DNA of 64,000 bases from the NCBI GenBank assembly GCA_002269645.1, contig NIVC01000273.1, positions 186,001 through 250,000 of the forward strand, given 5' to 3'. Below the pieces are notes generated by a model, which saw only the letters and a program-made list of their open reading frames with translations, had not been told where the DNA came from and did no database searches. Source of the DNA: Macrostomum lignano (lineage: Eukaryota). The position numbers and the translations under genes were made by a program. This document shows positions 10,201 to 21,397 of this stretch, piece after piece; positions within the stretch are counted from its first letter, which is position 1; each line of letters begins with the position of its first letter.

Positions 10201-10930
10201 ATGACTAATGAATATATAAGAGAACTCATTAATTTAGCAAAGAAGCGAGAAATGTACAAATCCAGAAATGATGCTCAACGCTATTTGAAAATTGGAGAAG
10301 AGAGTTTATATGCAAGAGTGGCTCCATTAGCTTAAAAACCTGTCACAGAAAAGCTTGATGAATTTATTGATGTCAATGCCAATCTTGTTGATAAACTTCA
10401 GAATCAAAAAGTTCCAGTTCCGCAATCAAGCACACCAAAAGGCCGATTTGAACCCCTAGAAGTATTTGACAAAATAATTGAAGAAATTGGAAAGATTCCA
10501 ATAACTCAAAGACCAGCGCCTAGTATACGGATTCAAAAAACTGATGCTGGATATATATTTGGATCATCTGTAATAGACGTTGAATTCCATAAACAAGGTC
10601 GGGACATCATTGTCAACGAATTCCGAATGCCATTTTCTGAAGATCTTGAAGAGTTGTTCAAAATGCCTAAAGTAACTGAAAATGGTGAAGAGCTGAAGCA
10701 ATTCAAGATGCAAACATTGCAGGATTATGTTAACCTCATTGAACACTGTAAAAATCCAGAAGCCAAATCAAGTGGGAATTATAAGAGCAGTAAGGATATT
10801 GAAAGATAATCCACCAGGATATCGAGTAAAACCGGGATCTGGACTCAGTGAAAGAGTGTTGACATTACTAGCCGCAAAAGCAGAGGGGCATAACAATGTT
10901 GATAAAGAGCTAGCAGAATTACTTGCTTAA
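10201..10930 (+). pseudogene. Conserved Polinton-like hypothetical protein, disrupted by a stop (~10333) and a frameshift (~10800)
   Basis: MTNEYIRELINLAKKRE..KPVTEKLDEF N-terminus resembles the ..FHKPGYTE region of 28485..29306. C-terminal PGSGLSERVLTLLAAKAEGHN. Confidence 0.5.
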
Positions 10931-11723
10931 AAATGGAAAAAGAAATAGAAAAGTCAACATCCTCTTGAGTAAAAAGTTTCAACGCACATTTGACTTCTTT
11001 TCAATTAAAAACCCATTTCGACAAACTCTAGGCACTCCGATAAATTTGTATGAAGATCGAGAATACGAAGCTGGTATAAAAAAGTTTGCAGTCTTTGATG
11101 CCATTAACAATATTGAAGGAGGCAATAATGAGTTGCGATACTCGAGGGATAGTGGTAGAACATGGAAAAAGTTAAAGATTCAAGCAGGGTCATGGGAAGT
11201 TAAAAGTCTGTCAAGCGAGATTCAAATATTGCTAACAGCTGCAAATGATTGGAAAGAGGGAGCTATTGTCTTCAGTGCAAGCCTAGACACGCGTAGAGTT
11301 GAGTTACGGTTAGCCACAGAGTATCAAGTTGATTTCAGGGATGCACATTCCAATAATTTTAGAAGACTGTTGGGATTCAATTCAGAAGTGTATTTGAAAC
11401 CATTTGAGAGAGCTCCAAATCCAGCTCGGATAGACGGAGCTAGAAGTGCGATCATGGTTCGTTGTCTAAATATCAAAGGGGGGTTTATCACTGATCCAGC
11501 TAATGGAAATCATTTAATTGATAAGCAAATACTTCTTTCAATTCCATCGTTCTCTGTCCCAATGGGAAGTAAAATTATTCAAGAGCCCGCAAATCCTGTG
11601 TACCTACCACTAACTACAAACATGTTGAGCACATTCGACTTTGTCATCGAAGATGAGTCTGGTGTTCTATACGACTTTGATGGCGAGGAAATATTTATAA
11701 ATCTACACGTACGACAAATATGA
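10923..11723 (+). pseudogene. Minor capsid (penton) protein, lineage A; probable start ATG 10933 is out of frame (5' frameshift)
   Basis: INNIEGGNNELRY, IQAGSWEV, LLGFNSEVY, EPANPVYLPL, FVIEDESG..DFDGEEIFINLHV; same pattern as 2187..3050. Confidence 0.8.
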
Positions 11724-11732
11724 GTGTTAAAA

Positions 11733-12162
11733 ATGAGCGAAGCTGAGACATGGAACGTATTTAAACTAAAGTTTGGGACTGACACTACGACAAATATTGA
11801 TCTGATAAATTGGGCAAAATATCTCAAGTTAAAACCATTTCGTTATGCCATGAGAGATGAAATTGTTGATTTACCACAGTATGGTTACTTTATGACAAAT
11901 ATTCACACTTCGAAAGAACGGGGTATACATCATTCAGCTATTTTTACAGCTCCTGATAAGGTTTATTTTTTTGATTCCTGTGCACTACCGCTCACACAGG
12001 AAATTATGAAAAGTTTAATCACACAAAGAATAGAATATGTGGAGACATGGAAGAACAAATTCAAACTTTTGATAAGAAATTTTGTGGTCAAATGTCGCTG
12101 TACTTTTTACACCGAATCGATAAAGGAGATAGCTTTAATGAAATTTTGCAGCAATTAAAATG
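11733..12162 (+). pseudogene. Adenain/Ulp1-like cysteine maturation protease, frameshift near 12050
   Basis: NIHTSKERGIHHSAIF (His) and YFFDS (Asp). The alternative frame gives EQIQTFDKKFCGQMSLYFL (oxyanion Gln and catalytic Cys). Confidence 0.8.
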
Positions 12163-13539
12163 AGTTACAAGAATACTGCCAATCAATTTGGTTACTCGTC
12201 AAATTCAAATGATATAGCGCCTGGAATAACAATAGCGTTAGCTGATGATCGATACATCAATGAAAATAAAGGATATAAGAGAGAGGAAATAGATAATTTA
12301 TTGTTAGCAAAGAGAAATGTTTCAGACTCTTATTCAAAGGAAGATAGTGACGCAATGAATGTCACCATGCTACAATTAATTGACGATGCTCATGGGCGTG
12401 TAAACAATGTCTACACAAAAACCGAAACTGACACTAAGATGTATTCTAAAACTGAGATTGACACTAAGATGTATTCTAAAACTGAGATTGACACTTTGTT
12501 AGCAGAAAGGCAAGGTACTGGGGGAGGTACAGAGAGTTCGAAATTAGTCAATATTCTTTCATTACTGACTTCAAACGCTTCCCATCCTGACATGAAAGTG
12601 ACCGCTTCTCATAACTCTTCAGCAGCATATCATGTTGCAGATTCAAACCCAGCTTCAGAATGGAGCAGTGCAGATGACTCAGACAAGTGGATACGAGTTC
12701 AATTTCTGAAAAGAGCTAGGAAAGTTGTAGAGATAAAGTTGGAAGGAGAGGTGTGGCCTGGTTGGTCTGTTAGTGTGAGCCTAAATGGAACAAACTGGAC
12801 ACCTGTTGAACAAAGTGCACCCATTGAACTACGAAGGGGCAATGCACATCTTAGGAAACAAATACCCAATCCCTCATATTATTTCCATTATTCTCTTAAT
12901 TTTTCTGGTTCCGTAAAGCTTACAAAAGTTGAATTACTTGAGAGACAAACAGTGGTTAATGATTTAGTGTGGCCTATAGATAGACTTCAAGCTGTACCAA
13001 AGCTATACGTAGACAATGCACTTGAATCAGTGGAGCTGCGACTAAGGCGGGGACTAGGTTTCAAATCTTATACAGGATATATTCCCTCACTAGCAACACG
13101 TCAAAACTATAGAGAAAGGGGTTACAATGTAGCGTCATCAGGAGCATTTGAAACGTCAGATAATTGGGGTTATATAGTATCTAATTCAGAATGGGCATCG
13201 AGGAATGAATCCAATTCTTACATTGAAGTACAACTTCCCGAGTCTATTCAAATTTGGAAATTCGGATTGAAAGGAACCAAAGCAGTAGGTAGTGAAATTA
13301 TAAAAAATCAACCAAAAAGTTTTATTCTGAAAGGGAGCAATAACAAGAGAGACTTTAGGAATATTTTTTCTACCGAAAATGCTGGTTTAGTTCCTGGAGT
13401 GATGAAATATTTTGAAGTAGCTTCCACTGAAAAATTCTCCGGTTATAGAGTGCATATTAATTCAGCCACTGAAGGATCAACCGTTCTTATTGTTTCAGGC
13501 TTTCAACTTTATCCGATTTTAGACATAATCGCCACATAA
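12160..13539 (+). CDS. Putative fibre/receptor-binding protein: Y[ST]KxE[IT]D repeats plus two F5/8-type-C (discoidin)-like domains
   Basis: Five Y(S/T/K)xxE(I/T/D)D-type repeats in the N-terminal part (some as a 30-bp tandem). Two beta-sandwich blocks with V.ASS...EW.S...W/Y-I.V-Q pattern and PKSFILKGSN. Intact 459-aa ORF. Confidence 0.65.
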   Translation: MSYKNTANQFGYSSNSNDIAPGITIALADDRYINENKGYKREEIDNLLLAKRNVSDSYSKEDSDAMNVTMLQLIDDAHGRVNNVYTKTETDTKMYSKTEIDTKMYSKTEIDTLLAERQGTGGGTESSKLVNILSLLTSNASHPDMKVTASHNSSAAYHVADSNPASEWSSADDSDKWIRVQFLKRARKVVEIKLEGEVWPGWSVSVSLNGTNWTPVEQSAPIELRRGNAHLRKQIPNPSYYFHYSLNFSGSVKLTKVELLERQTVVNDLVWPIDRLQAVPKLYVDNALESVELRLRRGLGFKSYTGYIPSLATRQNYRERGYNVASSGAFETSDNWGYIVSNSEWASRNESNSYIEVQLPESIQIWKFGLKGTKAVGSEIIKNQPKSFILKGSNNKRDFRNIFSTENAGLVPGVMKYFEVASTEKFSGYRVHINSATEGSTVLIVSGFQLYPILDIIAT

Positions 13540-13634
13540 TTAGACATAACACCATAGTCACCATTAAAACACAACATAAGCACAAAAACTCTCAACGGGG
13601 TCAATAAACAAAAAAGTACTATCTTAGGAAGCTG

Positions 13635-14204
13635 GCAAGTAGGCAAACTTCACTCAATGACTAATGCAGGAATTCGGGGTTGTATATTTTTCATCTACTT
13701 TTGCTACACACAGAAGCAACCTCGCAGCGCAACAATATGGTCGGCTATTGTCCAACCACCGTAGCAAAGCAAGTAGGCAAACTTTACTCAATGACTAACG
13801 CAGGAATTCGGGGTTGTATATTTTTTATCTTATACTCTTGCTACACAGAAGCAAGCTCGCACCGCAACAATATGGTCGGCTATTGTCCGACCAAGATAGC
13901 AAAGCAAGTAGGCAAACTTCACTCGATGACTAACACAGGAATTCGGGGTTTTATATTTTTCATCTATTCTTGCTACACAGAAGCAAGCTCGCACCGCAAC
14001 AATATGGTCGGCTATTGTCCGACCAAGATAGCAAAGCAAGTAGGCAAACTTCACTCGATGACTAACACAGGAATTCGGGGTTTTATATTTTTCATCTACT
14101 CTTGCTACACAGAAGCAAGCTCGCACCGCAACAATATGGTCGGCTATTGTCCAACCAAGATAGCAAAGCAAGTAGGCAAACTTCACTCGATGACTAACAC
14201 AGGA
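13635..14204. repeat. Tandem array, 132-135-bp unit, about 4.3 copies
   Basis: Unit starts gcaagtaggcaaac at 13635, 13769, 13904, 14036 and 14168. Confidence 0.95.
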
Positions 14205-14439
14205 AATTGCCTCGACAAGAATTTGCCAAAATTTTGCCAGAAAAAAATATTTTTATTTTTTGTGCCACTTGGCACAGAATTGGCACCAATGAGAGGTTTC
14301 CGTTGTGCATTGTAAGTAAACCAACCAATAGGATTTAAGACACCGAAAAAATTGTTCTAGCAGCATTTAAAGCAGCATACAAATGGTTTCATCCAACCAT
14401 CTATACATCCATCTTTTAAGCTAAATCTTATCTCTTAAT

Positions 14440-14902
14440 CATGCCAGGCCAGCCAACCTTGCGAGGTAGATTGCTCGCTATTAGAGCCGAGGAAAACAAT
14501 ATTAAGGGTATTTTCTAAACAGAATACGCTAGGTCGTCATTTGCTCGCCTAATCCCAGATCCAACTGCGTTCGTCGATCATTATCGACAAAATCAGGAAC
14601 GAATTTCTGATGATGCTCGTCTTCTTAAGTTACTTAAGAAGATGTTGGCTAAGGAACGGACTGGGCGGCAATTACAGCGAGAAATCGCTGCTGCCGAGCA
14701 ATTGAATAATGTGGCCATTCCTGATGCGCCACCAACCTATGAAGAGGCTCACGCTCAGCAGGCTCAGCAGGCGCAGGCTCACGCTCAGCAGGCTCAGCAG
14801 GCGCAGGCTCACGCTCAGCAGGCTCAGCAGGCGCAGGCTCATGCTCAGCAGGATCATGAGATGGACAAACTTGTCCAACTAAACCAAGGCATTGGACAAT
14901 GA
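14440..14902 (+). pseudogene. Hypothetical protein with PPTY motif and (AHAQQAQQAQ)x3 30-bp tandem repeat; in-frame stop near 14516
   Basis: ATG at 14440 is in frame with ORF 14642..14902 across one TAA; 30-bp repeat at about 14746-14850. Confidence 0.45.
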
Positions 14903-15167
14903 AGACTTGAGTTTCCACTGTATAAGTGTTTAAAGTAGTTATAACATCTCTAGAACATCTTTTACATCTTTTAGAACACTTTAAAGTTATAACATCTCTT
15001 TAAAGTAGTTATAACATCTACTATCATGCTAAATCTCTTTAAGCCAGGCAACAGAATGCTCCGCGGAGCCTGGCCATTTGTGTCTGAAAATATTTTCTTT
15101 TGTGTTCCCCCTTATTTTAAACTTCCACTCGAATCAGATTGTGACTGTTAAATTTTTCATAGAAAAA

Positions 15168-15512
15168 ATGGAAGCTAATAACCCAAATGTTCGAAATGCT
15201 CTGCCACAAAAATATTATGATTCTATTATAAATTTCTCTCAAATAAAAACACCCATTCGAAAGGCTCGACTAATTGCAGAAATTGATAAAGCTTACGATG
15301 AATATAAAGCAGAAATATTAAAACACACCGATTGTAAATGCCCCCCATTTTTGTATTCATTCAGAGTATATCTTGCACATGTTGATAAATGGGCATTGAT
15401 TTCAAGACAGCACATAAGGAATGATGAATTTTTCGTCATGCTAAAGTTGAACATTTTCAAACTCCCCATAACCCTTGAGAAGTACATTGAAACTGATGAA
15501 TTATATTGTTAA
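15168..15512 (+). CDS. Conserved 114-aa hypothetical protein upstream of the primase-helicase (three copies in window)
   Basis: AAAAAATG start; homologous DNA at about 4807-5150 and 49540-49910. Confidence 0.6.
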   Translation: MEANNPNVRNALPQKYYDSIINFSQIKTPIRKARLIAEIDKAYDEYKAEILKHTDCKCPPFLYSFRVYLAHVDKWALISRQHIRNDEFFVMLKLNIFKLPITLEKYIETDELYC

Positions 15513-16646
15513 ATTTATTTTAAATAAAATGGAAAGAAAAAATCAAAATGATTCAAGTTTCTCTCCTGTAATCATCTTACAGGATCCGCTTCAAAACCAT
15601 GACGCCCCACCAACAAGGTTGAGAAATTTAAAACAAACAAAATCGTACGATAAACTAATTAATCTCTATGGAGAACTTAATTTTATATTCGGAAGTTGCA
15701 GTATAACATGGAATAGTAAAACAAAGAAAAAAATACCGTCAGGAATGCCAACCAAAGCAGATAGGAATTCAACCTCACCACCATTTCGACCAGAGGTAGA
15801 CAACATGATTTGGATAGATACTAGAAACTCAAATATAACCGTAATCGATATTGATAATGCTGACCTATGCCCTGAGTTGAATGAACTGTGTATGACTCAT
15901 TGTGATTGGATTGTTCAGACAAACAAGGGACACCACTTTTACTTTAACAAGGTAGATGGATTGAAAGTAACGATTCAACAAAGTGTGGGTTTTGATATTC
16001 CCGCCTTAGTATTTGCTGCACCAGGTTTCTATTATGTCGATGGTGAAATTAGGGAATACAAACGTACAAAGTCCAAATGTTTAATAGACATGCGAGATGT
16101 AATTCTTGATGAGATAAATAGATTAATAAAGCCACAGGATAAAAAAGAAAACCAAGAACCCGATAAACAGGCACTAAAAAGCACCGTTCCACCACCCACT
16201 TGTGAAGGAGTTTCAAAGTTGTTAAGTATAATACAACACAAAAACCAAGACTATGATTCTTGGTACAAGGTAGCACTTATACTCCGCGACATAGGCAGTG
16301 GTGATGAAATGTACAAAGTATTCACTGATTGGTCAAAAGTAAATTATGATAAGTTCGATTCCGAATCATGTAAAAAGGTGTGGAATAGCACCAATACCAG
16401 CTCTGCCGATCGAGAGGGCAGACTTACTATCGGTACACTAAAGAAATGGGCAAGTGGAGAAAACTATAACAAATATAAGGAATGGAAAAGCAAATATGAT
16501 TATTATGGTAGGATTGAGTATCTTGATGATAATTTCACTGACGTTAACATAACCAATTTTGTTTATGAATATAAGAAGAATAATATAATTTACAATAGCG
16601 ATGGTATTTACTATTTTAATGATGATAAGTGGAGAGAACTAAGTAG

Positions 16647-16842
16647 TGTAGTCTGGCTTGTTGGTGCGCGTGCACTTAGATGTGCACGTCTGGCTGGTTT
16701 GGGGGTTGGGGTTTAGCGCTGCGGCGTGTGCGTGCTTAGGGTGGTTGCACCCACCCCAACTTTGGCAATAAATATATTGGCGTGAGCCAGTGAGGTCTCC
16801 TCACGTTTTGTTATTCTCTGCAATTCAACCCACGGTCTTACA
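16647..16842 (+). repeat. 5' LTR (196 bp)
   Basis: Identical to 21398-21593 except one g/a (ggttgcac vs ggttacac); AATAAA inside. Confidence 0.98.
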
Positions 16843-16843
16843 C

Positions 16844-16856
16844 TGGTGGCAGCGGT
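16844..16856 (+). promoter_or_regulatory. Primer-binding site complementary to the tRNA-Leu 3' end
   Basis: TGGTGGCAGCGGT, 1 nt after the LTR, is the reverse complement of ACCGCTGCCACCA, the 3' end of eukaryotic tRNA-Leu isoacceptors. Confidence 0.8.
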
Positions 16857-16862
16857 CTCAGT

Positions 16863-17657
16863 ATGGCCAAATCAGAGCAAGCAAGTTTATTGCCTCCAAA
16901 GTTCAGCGGCGACTCCAACGTGAGAATGTGGCTAAGCACGTTTGAGGACTTCGCCGACGACTGCGAATGGGACGACAAGAAGAAGGCAAAGAAGCTGAGA
17001 CTGCTGGTGACAGGAGAAGCGCAAATCTTCGTCTGGGAGCAGCCGGCAGACGTGTCAGCCAGCTATGAAAGGCTGAAGGAGAAGCTGATCGAGTGCTTCG
17101 GCAACAGTCTGAGCTGCTACAGAGCAATGGAGGAGTTTGAGGAGCGAAAGCGACAGCCCAACGAGTCGCTGAGGGAGCTCGCCTACAGCCTGAAGCTTCT
17201 CCACCTTCGGGCCCGCCCGGAATACTCTGTGGCGGCTCGGGAAAAGGACGTGAAGTTTCGTCTGATGCGCCTCCTGCCATCTGCCGTGAGAGATGCGCTG
17301 TTGAAGGACCAGGACGCGGACTCGTGTTCGCTGGCCGCCATCGTCGACAGAGCTGCGCAGCTTGAGCTGGTGAGCCACGCAACTACAGCCTCATCAGCCG
17401 CGGTGTCGGTAGAAGACAGACGGCTGAGCCAGCTGGAGCAGCAGATGCAGCAGCTGACAGCCAGCGTGCGAACGGGACCACCCGGAAGAGACAGGCGTCA
17501 GAAGGGACCCATTAAGTGCTTCAGCTGCGGCGAGCCGGGTCACATTGCTAGGCGGTGCCCAAAGGCGATCGGCAGCCGCTGCAGCCGGTGCTCAGGCAAG
17601 GGTCACTCCGCCGCGGTGTGCCCGACACCAACTGGTCAGCCGCAGGGAAACTTCTGA
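16863..17657 (+). CDS. gag: Gag with two CCHC zinc knuckles
   Basis: PPKFSGD..W capsid motif; CFSCGEPGHIARRC and CSRCSGKGHSAAVC. Confidence 0.95.
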   Translation: MAKSEQASLLPPKFSGDSNVRMWLSTFEDFADDCEWDDKKKAKKLRLLVTGEAQIFVWEQPADVSASYERLKEKLIECFGNSLSCYRAMEEFEERKRQPNESLRELAYSLKLLHLRARPEYSVAAREKDVKFRLMRLLPSAVRDALLKDQDADSCSLAAIVDRAAQLELVSHATTASSAAVSVEDRRLSQLEQQMQQLTASVRTGPPGRDRRQKGPIKCFSCGEPGHIARRCPKAIGSRCSRCSGKGHSAAVCPTPTGQPQGNF

Positions 17658-17687
17658 GGGTCGGCAGCCTGGGGCCAGCACCGACCC
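17645..17687 (+). promoter_or_regulatory. -1 programmed ribosomal frameshift signal (G GGA AAC plus downstream stem-loop)
   Basis: Heptamer at 17645-17651 is phased X XXY YYZ in the gag frame, and pol is in the -1 frame. A 6-nt spacer precedes the stem gggtcgg/ccgaccc (17658-17664 / 17681-17687). Confidence 0.85.
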
Positions 17688-20600
17688 GCTCAAAAGGGGC
17701 CCTCAGATCAGCGCCTTCAGTCTTCGTGAAGGTGCACTTTGGCAGCGTGTCAGCGCCTGCTCTGCTCGACACCGGCGCGCAAGTTTCGTTGATGGACAAG
17801 TCGCTGTTCGACAGACTGCAGTGCAAGATCGACTCCACCGACATCGGTGCGCTGCCGACGGCTGTCGACGGATCCCGGCTGCGCTGCCTTGGCCTGTCAG
17901 CAGCGGATGTTTCGATCGGCCAGACCATCCGCGTGCGCCATCGCTTCACAGTCGTGGACGGCATCCAGCCCAGCCTGATCATCGGCATGGACTTCATTGG
18001 CGAGGTGTCGCAGGCGATGACCATTGACATTAAAGAAGGCGTCGTCAGGTTCGACGGCACAGCTGTGCCTTTCAGCAGCGAGCCGGCTCGAGCAGATTGT
18101 CGCCTGGTGCCGAGTGTCCTGGTGGCGCGTGTGGCGGCAACTACGGAGCTGCCCGCCCGCAGCGAGAAGCTGGTGTGGCTCAAGGTGGATTCCAGCGGCG
18201 AGCAGGGAGTCTTTGAGCCGTCTGAGGACTTCGTGAAGTCCACTGCCGTCCTGCCGGGCCGCGTGCTGGCGGTCTCGGACGACTGCCGCATCCCGGTGAA
18301 AATGTGCAACCTTGCAGAGGAGCCCGTGCTGCTGTACGCCAACAAGGCGGTCGGCACGTTCGAAGGCGCGATGACAGACGGGGACGGTCGCCAGGAGGCG
18401 GCCCAGGAGAACCCCGTCGGTTGGAACATCAACGCGGAGCTGCCCGAACCGGATGCTGCGAGGCTGCGACAGCTGTTGGAGAGCAACGAGGACCTGTTCG
18501 CCAGGCACGAGTACGACCTGGGCACGACGGCGTTGCTTCAGCACCAAATCGAGCTGGAGCCGGGAGCGCGGCCACACCGGCAGGTCCAGCGCCGGCTGCC
18601 GCTGTCTGTGCGAGACCAGGTGGACAAGAAGATCGGTCAGATGCTGGAAAGCGGCATCATCGAACCGTCGACATCGCCATGGGCCAGCAACCTGCTGGTG
18701 GTCCGCAAGAAGAACGGCGACATCAGACTGTGCACGGACTGGCGGCAGCTCAACGCCTGCACGGTCAAGGATGCATACCCGCTGCCGCACCTGCAGCAGG
18801 CCATGGATGCGCTTGTCGGATGCTCCTGGTTCTCCACCATCGACTGCCGGCAGGGCTACCATTAGGTGGAGGTGGCGGAGGAGGACCGGTACAAGACGGC
18901 TTTCTATTCGACGCGCGGCCTGATGCAATTCTGCAAGATGGGCTTCGGGATGTGCAATGCCCCGGCGACGTTCCAGCGGCTCATGGAGCTGGTGATGTCC
19001 GGCCTGTCTTGGGAGTCCGTGCTGACTTATATCGACGACATCATTGTCTTCAGCAGGACGTTCGACGAGCACTTAGAGAGGCTGGCGGAAGTTTTTAAGC
19101 GGCTGCGAGACGCGGGACTCAAGCTGCACAAGGCCAAGAGCGCGTTCGGCCATCGCCGGGTGCTGTACCTGGGACACCTGATCAGCGAGCAGGGCATCGC
19201 ACCGGATCCCGGCAAGGTCGAGGCCATTCGCAGCATGCCCAGCCCAACGACGAACGAGGAGGTGAAGCGGTTTCTTGGAATGCTGGGTTTCTACCGCCGG
19301 TTCATCCCAGGCTTCAGCCAGACGGCGAGGGTCCTGCACGACGTCAGCGTGAAATCGAGGGACTTCGCGTGGAGCAGCGACTGCGAGCGAGCGTTCCGCG
19401 AGTTGAAGGACCGGCTGACGACAGCTCCGGTGCTGAGACTGCCAGATTTCACCAAGCAGTTTGTGCTCAGCTGCGACAGCAGTCAGTTCGCCGTCGGCGC
19501 GGTGCTCAGCCAGCTGCACGGTGACGCCGAGCTGCCTGTGGCGTTCGCCTCTCGCACCCTCAACAAGGCCGAGCGCAACTACTCGGCGACCGACCGCGAG
19601 CTGCTGGCGCTTGTCTGGAGTTTGAAGCACTTCAGGACGTACCTGCTGAGTGTTCCGAGCTTCAGAGTCTACTCGGACCACCGGCCACTGCAAGGTCTGC
19701 TGGCAACGAAGGACCCCGAAGGTCGGCTGGCGCGATGGCTTTCTACGCTGCAGCAGTTTTCGTTCGAGCTGCTGTACCGGCCTGGCATGGACAACGTCGT
19801 GCCGGATGCGCTGAGCCGGGTGGCCGGCACGCGCCTGCAGCCTCGGTGGGACGACAGCCGCCTGCACGAGGAGCAACTGCAAGATCCGCTGCTGAGCAAG
19901 GCGTTCCAGGCGCTGACCGAAGGGATTGACAGCCTGTCCGATTCATGGGCGGCGCAGGTTCGCGAGCTGCTGGACGAGGCCTCGGTGAGCTCGGCGGGAG
20001 TCCTGCTGGTCGGTGGCCGGCCAGTCATTCCCGGTCACCTGCGGCCACATTTCCTGCAGCAGGCGCACTCGTGTGACCAGAGCGGACACCTCGGCGTCGA
20101 CAAGACCGGAGCGAGATTGTCTGAGCGCTGCTGGTGGCCTGGTCTGCGACGGGACGTCGAGAACTGGGTGGCCAGCTGTGCGGTCTGCCTGGCCAAGAAG
20201 AGTCCAACCAAGCCGCAGAAGGCGCCGCTACAGTCGACGTGCCAGCCGACGGCTCCGTGGCAGCTGGTGCAGATCGACATCAAAGGGCCGCTTCCGCGTA
20301 CGACTGATGGCAAGGCGTACATCCTGAGCATGTGCGACGCCTTCTCCAAGTGGATGGAGACGGCAGCCCTGGCGGCGATCGACGCGGTTACGGTGGCGGA
20401 TGCGCTGCTCAAGTCGGTGGTTCTGCGTCACGGCGCTCCTCAGGTGCTGCACAGTGACCAGGGACGGCAATTCGAGAGCGAGGTGTTCGGCCGGCTCTGC
20501 GAGAAGCTGGGCGTCGAAAAGACGCGCACGTCGCCGTTTCATCCGAGCGGCAACGGAATCGTCGAGCGAGGCAACCGGACGCTCGGCGATATGCTGGCGA

Positions 20601-21361
20601 CGACGGTGGCCGAGAACCAGCAGGATTGGGACAGCAAGCTGCCATATGTGACCTGGGCCTACAACACCTCCGTGCACAGCACCATCGGCCTCAGTCCGTA
20701 CCAGGTCCTCCACGGCTGGCCACCGAGGCTGGATCTCGACAGCTGGCTGATAAGCGGCGACCGGCCGGCAGCCGACGGTGGACATCACGGCTTCCTGCGG
20801 CGGACTCAGGAGAACCTGCAGAGCGCCTTCGACACGGTGCACGGCCGACTGCGGAGCGCCCAGGCCGAGCGCAACCGGCTGGCCAACCAGGACTCTCGGT
20901 TTGTGCCGTTCGAAGAGGGCCAGCGCGTGATGCTGCGCAACTCCGTCGTCAAGCGCGGCCAGACGCGGTGTTTGAGCGCCAAGTGGAAGGGGCCGTACCG
21001 AGTCCTGAGGCGCCTGGGCGAGGTCAATTACCGCATCCAGGACGAGACCGGCCGCAGGCGCCGGCTGGTGGTGCACCACGACCGCCTCAAGTGCTTCGTG
21101 CAGCGGCGGGCGTCACTGGAGCTTCCGGCCGCAGCAGACCACCAGCCGCCGGCCGCCGACTTCGACAACGACGGCACCGTCGCTGAGCCGCCCGGGCAGG
21201 CGGCCGATCCTGGCGGCGACGCGGTGACCTTCTGGCCCGAGCTGCAGGCAGACGAGGCACCCGAGGAGCAGCCGGCGGCACCAGCCGAGCCGGTCACGGT
21301 TCCGCGGCGGTCGGCGAGAGAGCGGCGGCCACCTGACTTGTACATGGCGGGCTTTGCTTGA
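17645..21361 (+). pseudogene. pol: Pol (protease, RT, RNase H, integrase with GPY motif), one in-frame TAG at 18863-18865
   Basis: LLDTGA; SPWAS; RLCTDWRQLN; GYH*VEV; YIDD; CDSS..AVGAVL; H..GHLG..C..C; IDIKG / SDQG / ERGN; WKGPYRV. Confidence 0.95.
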
Positions 21362-21384
21362 CTCTGGAACTGTCTTTTGCTTCT

Positions 21385-21394
21385 AGGGGGAAAG
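21385..21394 (+). promoter_or_regulatory. Polypurine tract
   Basis: agggggaaag, 3 nt upstream of the 3' LTR. Confidence 0.85.
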
Positions 21395-21397
21395 TAG

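Noticed and set aside
13680-14315. 211-aa repeat protein encoded by the 132-bp array
   Set aside because: The ORF is open only because the unit length is a multiple of 3; there is no proper start and no domain signal.
15078-15167. N-terminal signal-peptide-like extension of the 114-aa ORF
   Set aside because: It uses a non-ATG start, whereas the AAAAAATG at 15168 matches the start context of the other viral genes.
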